A DNA stretch of 63,977 bases, filler included, from Dimargaris cristalligena (taxonomy: Eukaryota), in NCBI GenBank assembly GCA_003614675.1. It is 3 parts of 3 records of this genome, joined end to end, with 100 filler letters (N's around TTAATTAATTAA, not from the genome) between each part and the next. Parts side by side here need not be neighbours in the genome. Positions count along the whole stretch, not along the records: positions 22,264 to 44,422 come from ML002637.1; positions 44,523 to 63,977 come from ML002725.1; 1 more part is not named here. The stretch is one strand, 5' to 3'. Each line of letters opens with the position of its first letter. Position 1 is the stretch's first letter. The position numbers and the translations under genes were made by a program. The notes beneath the pieces were generated by a model. The model was given only the letters and a program-made list of their open reading frames with translations, was not told the DNA's origin and ran no database searches. This document shows positions 36,477 through 47,694 of the stretch, piece by piece.

Positions 36477-37623
36477 GGTTAAGGGAAATATAGATAACGT
36501 TTACTTATGAGCTAAAATGGGGGCAAGGTAGTCAGTTGGGGGAGGGGTTATGATGACACAGAAATAAAGCAGAACCGAGTTGGATGGTTAAATGACCAAG
36601 GCAGCGTAATAAACCGAATTGTATAGCATGTAATAATGTGGGCTGTTTCACTTGGAATGGAGAGAACGGGCAGGGTCTTTACGAGGTGGGGCTGTTGCTC
36701 GTGGCGGTAGTTGTTGACAGGTTAAGGAGGAAAGGGGGGGGATGTCGAGGCTGTGTTATGGCCAAAAATTTAGTCCCACTTGCCATGGTTGGTTTCGTAG
36801 ACCTAGTTGTGAGGGTGTGCCATTTTGGGAGGCGTGGCAACCGCACCTTTCGAGGTGAAAAAATAGCATTGGTTCCTACTGTTAAAGCGTGCACATAGAC
36901 TAACAGCTACAAGCTATATAGGATAGCTCATGAACTATACAAATGTCCAACGCAAGGAATTCATATTTATAACCAGAAGAATGGCTTGACTTGCCCCCCC
37001 CCTAAATCCTAGTCTATTAGGTTATACAACTCTTTCCCCAGTCCCACCTTTAGCCTTGGCAAAAATGTCTATAGAGAGTGCTTGGGATATTCCAGCTAAT
37101 ACTTGCCGCCTCATGTCAGCGGAGTGTATAGGTGAGTTGGAGTATTTCACGACCTCGGTGGCCGACCCAATAACTAGCCCCATTTAAAAGTATCCTTAAG
37201 ATCCATTACGGGAGTAAATATGAATATTCAAATATTAAACCATATGAACGGACCGATTGGTAGTGCTCTTCACGCTATCCCCCACTAGCCGATAGATATT
37301 TCCCGAAGGTCAAGCCATCACCAGTGCTAGTGGTCATATTTCTAGCTAATAACCACCACTAGCTCTCTATAACTTCGAATTAGCTCTATAGAAGTACATC
37401 ATACTATTTATGTACGACTTTGATATAATAAAAGAATAGCAATAAAATTAACATCGCACCATTAGGCGGATATCCATCAATAGTAGAGAAGTCAGGCATG
37501 AGTAGGAAGGGGAAATGGGGGAAGGGGAGGGGGGGGGTAAGTCCCACCACTCCTCTTTTAGTTATTTTGGGGGAGTAGCCTATGCCGAGAGGCCGTCTCT
37601 TCGTGGATCGTTTATCCGTTCGT

Positions 37624-39696
37624 CTAGAGGAAATATTCGAGGTTAAATTCCATGGCCGAGCAGGGGTATCCGATTTCAAAGTTCGTGAGCACTTCGGGGT
37701 GGATAATACCGAAACTTCCGATCCGGTGAGTTTCGATAGGGGTATCATCGCCCGAAGACGGGGCTACTGCTTCGAGGAAATGGGGCTGGGGTAGCCGGGC
37801 ATTCCGGGCCCGGGGACCGCGGAAATAAATATCAGCACTACGGCCGGGGAAGAAGGTACTGCAGTCCGCCTCTTTGATAAAGTAGCCGATGGCTTCGGTG
37901 TCGTCGGCGGCCACCACGCTAATGGCCATCATCTGCATCAGACGGTCCAGCAAACCGTGGATGGTCTCAAAACCACTGGTTTTGCCGCAGTAGACGGCGC
38001 ACACGTGGCGCTCATTGCGGGCCCGGAGGGCTTCGGATTCATCCTTGAACACAACGTCCGAGACCTCAAAGACCTGGATGGGCAGGGCATGCTTCCGGTT
38101 CTGGTGGATGGTTTTGAGGGCACCGGGTAGGAGGGAAGTACGGACGACCTGGTATTCAACAGTCTTGGGGTTAGCCAAGAGGACGGCTTCGGTACCAGGG
38201 TCGGACCGGCGGAGGAAACGGAAGTTCTCGTCGTGGGAGCACAGGATCAAGGGAACAATTTCGCTGAATCCGGAGAGGGCGAGCTCACGGCGAATCTGGT
38301 CGGACAATTTGTTAATGGGGAAGGGGGCCGCGACGGTGGAGGAGTTGGGGAACGTCTTGGGGATGTTGTTGTAGCCGTAGGCGATGGCCACGTCCTCCAT
38401 CAAATCACAGGCGTGTAGAATATCGCTACGGGTCACAGGAACGTGCACTTCGACTTCGTTGGAGTTGTTGAGCAGGGTAGCGGGTAAAGACATACGGTTG
38501 AGGTAATCGACAATCTGCGGGCCGGCCAACTGCACCCCAATGGCGGAGTTGATATAGTCAATGGAGGCGGTCATACGCCGGGGCTCCATTGTAGGGAATA
38601 CGGTCGTGGCACCACTAGGCATCTTGACCTCAACGGGTTCAACCGTGAAGGGCACGTCACAGTACGGCGAGAACATAGCCACCAGAGTATGGACCACCGT
38701 CTGGGCCTTGGTCAGGTCAGTAGCCGTGCATTCAATCAACACATTGCGGGTCTGGAGCGTAATCTTGGAGTGTTCGCTATTGATAATGGGGGGCAATGAG
38801 CACACGGTCCGCTTGCTATCGTACACCACGGGGTAGACGGGGGAGTCGCGGATAATGTGCAAGTATTTGCCCAAATGCCGGTCGGGCTCGTAGAATTGCA
38901 TAAGGGCGGCACCGTCCATCTCCACGGTCTGGTTAAGAGGCGTGAAACGAATGTCCTTGGGGGGCAGGGCTTCGAAGGAGAAGGGGCCCCGAAGGGTATC
39001 CAAATCGTGCGTACCAATGGAGGCCAGGGTCCGCTTGCGGCAGATATTCTGATGAAGCTTGTCCTGCAGGTCAATAAAGGAGTCGTAGCGTTCCTGGGTG
39101 AAGCGGATCCCGCGCAGGATGGCGCAGGCGACAAAGGGCCGGATTTGGGCCGTGGAGGGGTCGACTACCATTTTCTCCAAAGGACGGTCCTTAGGGATAA
39201 CGGCACGGAAGTTGGGGGGCTTCTGGCCGGTGATAAACACTTTAAGGGCCTGGGCAATACCTTCGAAACATAAGAGGTCATAGCTATACGTGGGTGGAAG
39301 ATGTCGTATTAAAAGATAGGGTTAGGAATATGGCGCATAGAGGATATAGAAATCTGGGCTGTGGGTCTTAATGGAGTAGACGGCAAGACACATTCGATCA
39401 ACTCGACCAACTAGGTTTGTACCTCTCGACGTTAAAGTCGAGAAAAAAAAGAGACTCGTTAAAGCGGAACAAATTGCTTACCGATTGGCAGGAATGTCAA
39501 TTTTGAGAAGGGGACGATCAGACAGGGCCTCAGTGGTGGCGGTGTTACCGGTCATTTTCTCGGCCATCTCCTTGACGGAGGTGTCTTCTTCAAGTTCGAT
39601 ACCAAATTCGAAGCACAATTCACGGAATTCCTCGGTGGAGTAGTCCCGGCCCAGAGCCTGGAACAGATTCTCCCGGTCGACGTTGACGGTAGGCAT
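37624..39696 (-). CDS. FRS1: Cytosolic phenylalanyl-tRNA synthetase beta subunit; intron 39284-39481
   Basis: Motifs MPTVNV...[58 protein letters not shown] and FGIIHPEVL. Confidence 0.97.
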
Positions 39697-42300
39697 GGCG
39701 TGGGAGGGTTAGAGATGGCTAATATACTGCAAAAATAAAACGAGTTGTGGTGGTCTAGACCAAAGTCGATCAAACTAAAAAACAGACACAAAGGAAATCT
39801 AGCTGTGGGGGAAACATGGACCGCATTGCGGGGAAACTCTATAGCAGCTCTTTTCCACCTACAGAAAAATAACAAGTGGTCAAACACTCCAGTGGTGCGG
39901 ACTTTAGGCTGGAACGAGTGACAACCAACCTTATGGTACCGAACCACTTGGTGGTGCTGGTATTTTTTCATACGCAACTCGCAGGGCAATTATCCACCAG
40001 CAAAGCATAGCATATGGGGATTGAATGGGTTTGGGCTTCCTACCTTTAAAGTGAGTGAGTCATTAGGCCTCCGCTAGTCACATGACCTATCGGTTATTTA
40101 AAGTACATCGGGAGTTTTAGTGTGGTAGCGGTTAAAATCCCTTTGTTGGAATAGGCAACCGAAACATGTTGGGTGTACAGTTCGTTGAGGAGAGTAGGCT
40201 GAAGCATTGACGGCTAGGAAAGCTGCCAGAATTAATTACCAATCCGTCGAACCGTTAGCTACATTATTTAATATCTATAGTTCAGCTAAGCGTCGTCGTT
40301 TCAGCTAGCAATTAGCATCTCACACCCAAGATAGATAAAGTGTATCTCCAAGTCCCTAACAACGAGGTGCGTAACTCCACCATCAGACCGGATCAGGACG
40401 AAGTCCCCGACTGAGATAGCAGGTACGCCTATCGCTACTCTGGCTGTACTTGGCCCTCTAATCCTCCTAAATAAAAGGAAAAGCAGACTCGGCACTTTAG
40501 TGACCCTCAGATGACTATTAATCCCACTCTCTCTATATAGCCACTCACTAGTAACTAGATGAAATATTCCTCATCATCACCCTTATTAGTATTGATAAAT
40601 TCGCTTGCCAACCAGCATAACTGTATGTGCTCCCCAACTCGCTAGTTAACACCAACACTATCGCGCATGTCTTTTCCATCGGTTTCAGCCTTACCATTGC
40701 TATGTATACGCTGGACCTTAGCCAGTTGGCGCAAAAGCACCGGAGAATAGATATGTAACACCGGGTACAACGGCAGTGCTAATGCATTCCCCAATACTAG
40801 GGTAATTCCACCCGAAAGACTTGGGCACCACCCGTCAGAGAGATTGTGAGGCTATTCAGCAAGCATGGATAATGGCAAAGGAAGGCGCTGGCATGCTATT
40901 CCAAGGTGAAAATATATGAAGGGACTTATTCTGTAAGGGTTATAGAATAAACCTCATACACAAGAGGAAAGGTCCTAAATTTGAAAATGTATGGTGGTAG
41001 TGAAGTGAAATATCTACCACTATATTTGAATAGATGGCCAAGACGTGAGAGGCCGCCCCCTTCCCCTCCAACAGCCCACTTTTGTCGTTTTCCTGCCCCT
41101 ATTTTATCTGTTCGAGCTTCTTGGAGTCCCCAGCTGTAGGCCCTCTTCTGCAACTGATATTCCCTATTGTTTTCCCCTGACCTCGTTGAAATGACTTGGC
41201 CGATACTCTGACCATGTCGAATGGTATAGCATTATCGCTTTCGAAGCATCTGCCTATGAAGAGGTAGTTGGTTATAGTCCTAGAATAGTAGGGGCTTATT
41301 GGATCTCTTCCTTCCCTTGCCATCCAACATACACCCAAGGGATATTGCGGTCCTCGACCAGCGAGGCTGGGGTTTGACTGCCTGTCTTTGTACTGCAACT
41401 AAGCTGGACTACCTTTAGTAAAAAGGGTAAACAATTTTTTTCTTTCATTATCCCCTCTTCCTTCTATTCCGTGAATAGTCCTGTTGAATACCTTTTATTG
41501 GTTGTAATGCAGCCTTGCCTAGTGATATCCGGGGTTACATAAACGGCTGGCCACTACCAACGCACTCCATCATTCGGCCCCTCGGATTCTATATTCGGCG
41601 GCATATGCATCGCCTGGGTTGAACGCCAATGAACGGCTGAATGACCAGCGTGCATTTTGCACAGCGCGGTCAAGCCCAGCGGTAAAATGGTCGAGGCGAG
41701 GCAGAAGGGGTGCTATGTACGGTTTCTGGATAAGCGACCACTGTATTCAAATACGCCTTCGTTCACATTGCACAATGGATGAAAACGATGAATGGTCTTG
41801 GCGAATACATCCCCTATTCTGTGATGATTTCCTCTTTCGTCGGCTTATCAGGCTTTAACAAGGGCCGTTGGAGAGGGTATAATGGGTGTTATCACGGCGA
41901 CTCGTAGTCATAAGGGACAGGCTAAACTGTGTTATAAAAAAATAAAAGAAGGTCGTTGCGACGGGTGTCGTTGGCCAAAATCCGTTTCCCTCCATATTTT
42001 CCCCTTCGTATTCCATTTTAAACCCACTAAAGGTGCACTGGGTGTTTCCCGTATAGTTCATTGGACAATGACCTACCACCTAATTTTACAACAACTGTAT
42101 TTACTATATAAGAGCTCGGCGCGGGTCTCGCTCTTAATAATACATCCTACATTACCCGATATTTCGCTACTCTTCTTTCTAGCCCTGATAACTATTTAGT
42201 CGGCGCTCACCTGCCCATTTTCAATTATATTTGACTATTGTACCTTTTTTCATAACCCAGCTGTGAAATACCTAATTTTATATTTATTTTGAATACCACT

Positions 42301-43502
42301 ATGCCTTCGAATACGCTTACGGTCTTGTTCGGAATGGGGTGTCTCGGGGGATTAGTTACCTCGTAACTGCCAGTCCAGTTATCGGCCAACAAGAATACGC
42401 ACTGGGGCTGCCTATTTCTAATCAATACCTACAAACCTCGTCCAACTATAACTCACCATCATTCCAGAGCAACCCGAGCGGAGGAATTACACCGGCAGAA
42501 TACTACACTGAAAGCTATCACCCGAACACCGACCAAATGTACAGCCAGCGCAGTGTTGGCAGCAACGATGGCAACCAAGAGGCATGGGGGCTGTCGAATT
42601 TCGACCGCAGTACCAACCAGACACCGGATTTCCTTATGCCAATGAATGGCCCCATGGACGTAGACGCAAATAATCTGACCCAGAAATACCAAGCCCCCGC
42701 TGTCGCCTCGTAAGTGCTGTTGGACCCCCTTGAGCTGGAGTTATTTTCGAAGCACATGGGAGATAAAAACACATTCTCTGTTAGGGGTCCTTTGGCAATG
42801 TTTGTCGATCATGATTACACCAACAGTCTCTTGGAACATATGTCTTTGGCTTTGGCCAACCACGGGGATTTTGGGGCCAACCCGCAACTAAATTCGAACT
42901 GCGTGGAACAGGGAATAGGCTACTTCAATGAGAATCCATTGGGATCATCAGCCGGGACTGTAAACCCCGACAATATTCCGGGCCCTGGTCCTTCAGGCCT
43001 GCACAATACTAAATACTCTGAGATGAACCCAAGAAAATTGTACTACAATGCCATAGCAAATCTAGTCTCACCGGATGACTATTTGGCATCCTTGGCCTTG
43101 GCCAAAATCTTTGATTCCCAGAAAATTCCAGAGACATGGCCATAATATACACCCAGTCCTTCCAGTATAATTAACAACTTCTACAAAGAAGACTGGTATA
43201 AAATTTGGGGTTCGACAGAAGACTTCAATCTCAAGCTATGTTGTGTGCACTCTGTTTTTAATAAAATGACCAATAATGTGGAAGACAAATGTTTGATAGT
43301 GGGTTTCGAATGGGATGATTCCAAGAAACATATTACCATGCGGCTTTTCACCACAAGTGTCAGCTGTACTGCCATAGGCTCAGATAAATTTCCCTTCCCA
43401 TGAGACAACCTAGTCATATTCCCTTGCCACATAATGACTGCACACTCAATATCCACAGTTACACTCTTTGCGCGAGCACTTGGAAGACCTCCATTATTCT
43501 GA
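42301..43502 (+). pseudogene. Disrupted gene for a secreted hypothetical protein, probable distant relative of 44523-45762
   Basis: TATATAAG at ~42105. The signal peptide MPSNTLTVLFGMGCLG/GISYLVTA-SP is broken by a frameshift in the G5 run at 42346-42350. One frame then continues through TAA 42711, TAA 43143 and TGA 43401. Confidence 0.65.
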
Positions 43503-44422
43503 TCTGTGTTTGGGCCTAATCACTTCCACTTTCAACTGACCTACTAACTACTTCTATTTTTATCAGCTACATGATTCCAGACAAGTCAGTGGGAATAGCC
43601 CTCACACTAGAATAAGGGAGTGACATAAAAGTTTTCCTTATTTATATCATATTTCTATGAATGCCCCAGAAGATCCAAGGCATTCTTGTTTTCCATTTTC
43701 CATTTTCCATTTTTCCATATTTCCTTTCTCTTTTCGTACACCATTTAAACTTAAGGACCCAACCAGTTTTCCCCTTCATAGTTTTATGGTTGTCAGTCTG
43801 TTTGAGGATGACATCCAAAAGATCATAGTATAGTTTTAAGGCTGTAACGTTGAATTTTCTTATTTATAGTCTCCCAGCTGGCCCTTAAAATGGAAAGTTA
43901 TCTTCAAGGTAAGTTTTTATTATTCGGAATAAATATCTATTTTTTACTTCACTCAGTGTTTTACCCAGTATCAGCTGAGGACTTCAACTGGAAGTCAATT
44001 TTTTGTTTTCTTAATTTTATTATCTCATTTTCAGCACATAGCCACTGTGGCTCCTCCAGTACCTAACTCCGATGATGGGAGTTTAGGATCGATTTGTGTG
44101 GAACATTTTCCACCATACCCCAGTTTAACCTCTGACAACAGTTCTGATCAAATATGACTAGCTAAAGGACCATTTCCCAAGTTCTCCATGTTACATCCAG
44201 GTACTGGCCCCTCGAAACTGACGTCTGGTAAACCTTCCAGTCCAGAAGGGAGTGGGATATCTAACCCCAGCTCTGATCTCGGAATGGAGGTACCCCAAAT
44301 TGCTGGCACAATACAAGCCACCTGTGGTGAACTTACCACATTTTTTACCTACTTTTATTTTTTATCTATTTTTTGCACTTATCGGAAGTACGCCCCTGAT
44401 GAGTGAATGAGCCCCTGCCCCT

Positions 44423-44522
44423 NNNNNNNNNNNNNNNNNNNNNNNNNNNNNNNNNNNNNNNNNNNNTTAATTAATTAANNNNNNNNNNNNNNNNNNNNNN
44501 NNNNNNNNNNNNNNNNNNNNNN
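44423..44522. other. Assembly gap with artificial six-frame-stop linker (N44-TTAATTAATTAA-N44)
   Basis: Seen directly. Confidence 0.97.
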
Positions 44523-45762
44523 TCATCCTCAATTACCTGAAACGGAAAACGCGATGGAAATGGATCCCCAAATCGATGCCAAACAAGTTCCAAACCTCGC
44601 CAACGTTTATTCGGGCGATCTCCTACACGAGCCAGCGTTTGATATTGAGGAATATCTAAATTTCGATGATACGGACGATGCCCAACTTACGGATCCTGCA
44701 GGCTCGCCGTTGCCTTCCGCCCCCAATCAACAACTCAACCTCCCTAATCCGTCCGGGGAATCCGAGCTAAACCATGCCGGGAATTCTAGTACCGGGGAAG
44801 CTGGTAGCGAAGCCTCCGGAGGCATAGCCAGCGCTCAACTCGGGACCTTAGATCTAGGACCATTGGACCCGGCAACTCGCCTCGATTTGTTGAGGCATAT
44901 TGCGCTATTAAGGAATAGTCCCCACTTCGTGCTTCCCGATCCGAAACGCCAAAGAATCGACTCTGCATCTTCGACGGCCGCCATAAACCAGCCGGAAATC
45001 CAAATGCATACTCCCGGTACCACTTCGCTGCCTTTATCGTTGTCAAGAACCCAAAAGTCAGATTCGGGGAGCGGGAATGTCGACTCCAAGGCTGAACCCG
45101 TGTATATCCCAAAAGCGACACGAGAAAGGCAGGAGATCGAAACTATAATCGAAGATCCTAATTTTATGCGCAGGATATCGTTCAGTTCATGTGAGCGAGT
45201 TTCCCAGAAGGCCTTCGCCAGAATCGAAATTTCTAAGAGCTGCCCCGAGGAGGCGAATTCCGGGAATGAGGCCAGTCTTACCAAGGAAGCTATTAAGGAT
45301 ATGTGTTCCGTAATAGGTGGCCCAGACATTTGTGAGGAAATTGAAGCCAATGTAGAATCGTTTATAAAGAAGGCACGTGGGTACTTCGTCTATCAAAAGC
45401 AATCTCTACATAAGAAAAGCCTCAAATTCGGACAACGACTAGAAAATTTTTTAATGGCAAATAAGGACAAACTCGGGCAGCCAAAATTCCTTTTTGGAAT
45501 AGGGGACGATAAATCGTCGCATACTTTGATTATTCAGTTCTTTACGAATGAGCAAGGGTACAATTGCACTGGGCTATTCAACTCCGAGGTTTTCCTTGGT
45601 GGTGTTCCTCTTTTTTCCTTTATCCCTTTTCCAGTGGGTCTGGATCTAGAAAGCCAGCCTGAAAATTTTGAAATTGCGCTGAGACTGACCCGCCACTATA
45701 TTCGTACTAAAACAGCCACTACGAAAAGTAAATACTGGACCAACCCTCCAGTCTTTATATAA
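44523..45762 (+). CDS. Lineage-specific hypothetical protein (5'-truncated by gap), candidate effector
   Basis: Intronless ORF of at least 402 aa, open back to the gap (HPQLPETENA-MEMD). Clear paralog at 62738-63977. No recognised domain. Confidence 0.75.
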
Positions 45763-47694
45763 TATATAAATTACTTACTGTGCAGTCCCTTTTATATTCT
45801 TAGACCACTATCGTGAAAAAGCGATCTCCAATAACTAGTAACTGACATCAAATAAAAAATGATATTTTAACTGGATCTCAATCCCGATTATCACTAGTTT
45901 AGGCACTAATTTTTCTGAAATACACTTCCCGATATGTCCCAGTTGAGAGAGTATCGCTTACTAACAAAATACCCGACCCCATTCAAATGACTAATCCTTT
46001 GGGTTTTATACGTTAATTCTACTATATTTAGGATTTACAGAAATGCTACCTTTCCCACCTTGATGTCTTCTAGAAACCGGTTCATTATCCATGGCCAGTA
46101 CACTTATAATGTCGTCCCTCTATATAAATATCTTCTAGAGAAATTCCACCTAGTTTCATAGCCGGGACTTATTTATATTGGTTTCGTATTTTTTATATAT
46201 TCTCACACCCCGATTAGTATCCCGCGCTAATTCCCCTTCACATTGTATATGCAGCCCAACAGATGGTTCCCGGGTCGATAGAATTGTACGCTTTAGAGGC
46301 ATACACAGTAATTGGATGGCTAATAATTGTATCCAGACCAGACCGTTGAGTATCCGGCCATTCACGTGGAATCGCTCAGTTGATATGCAATACTAATACT
46401 AATACTAATAATATTAATAATAATCCGCCATAGTCGCCAAAAACGCGGGATATAAAATATGAAGAATACTTACAATGCCATAAAAAGGATATATCAACTC
46501 CATTTTGAAGTGAACAAAAAAATTACTTTGTTAGCCAATGGTTTTGTACTTGTGTGACTTGTTTTTGGTATGATGCAGGAGATGAATGAATAATAGGTAT
46601 TTATTCCCTTTTTTAAAATGCCTTTTATAGGAAGAGACTATGAATTGTTACAGTATTTAATCCTCCACAAGTCCACACAGGTAGGCCTCTATTAGACTTG
46701 ACATGGAGGGTGCCGTTAACCTATATTATGCTCAACAGGCATGAGGCTAAACAAGATGGGGGATACAGTAAATATCACGAGGTGCACATTTACTATAATG
46801 AAGCCGGATATATAGGGGCTAATTAGATAAATTTGAGGTAGTATATTCTAAGAAACTAACTGGTCGTCAACCAGGGCAAGATACTTGTTCACTTAGATGG
46901 TATTGTGGGTTCACCCAAAGGGAATGTTATAGAAACCCATGAGAGGCTACCAGTATCCAGAAGACTCTAAAAGGAATGAAGGAGTCTTTGGATTAACATT
47001 TGCATGAAAAGGGCTCAGGCCTGGTGGTGTCAAATGGGGGGTGAAAGAAGGTCATTACGGCGCTGGGTGTTGCTATTGGAAAGGTACTATAACATCGTAC
47101 CGTCTCAGTCTGATTAGGTCAAAGTGTTCAGCGCGGCACCTACTTAATTTTGGAAAAGCTTACACTTACTTGAAATAATGTGATTTTCTGGCAGTTTCTA
47201 CCAACTAACAGGCCAGTTTCCACTCGCCTATAAATCACCCTGCTATTCAAGCCCCGTTATCTGAGTTATTTTTTTCATTTATTCTTGCTGGTTACTAATT
47301 TTGGGAATTTATAATACTTGCAGTTGGCATAGAACTGGGGTTATAGTCTTTGATTTACCAAATAGATATCCCCAATTCCCATTCCATTATAATTGTGACT
47401 GATATATAGACAATGTAAAAGTTTCGGGGTTTAAAACCAGGTGCTCCCCAGTCATACATCCAAGTTGTGTTTACGAAGAGGTCTATATGTTGGTTTACGG
47501 CTAGCCACTTTTAAAGCAATTATCGAGGATACAGCAGAACAACAGACACCCAGTTGAAACCGATACAGAATTTGCCTTTCCAATGATGATTCGAACAGAA
47601 GATTTGGGATTAAAACTAATCGACAACTATACAAATTTTTTGGATCGATATTATACCAACCCACCCCGAATAATATTAAACCGCCCCAAGGGCA

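Noticed and set aside
40108..40200. tRNA-like 'GTGGTAGCGGTTAAAATC' D-arm
   Set aside because: No acceptor stem or GTTCRA T-loop could be folded.
40500..40585. Minus-strand ATGATGA...CTGA resembling a C/D snoRNA
   Set aside because: No proper terminal stem, internal boxes or recognisable target.
42711..43403. Stop-codon reassignment or selenocysteine explaining the in-frame stops
   Set aside because: Conserved genes here end in TAA, TAG and TGA and have no internal stops. The same gene also has a frameshift, and no SECIS was seen.
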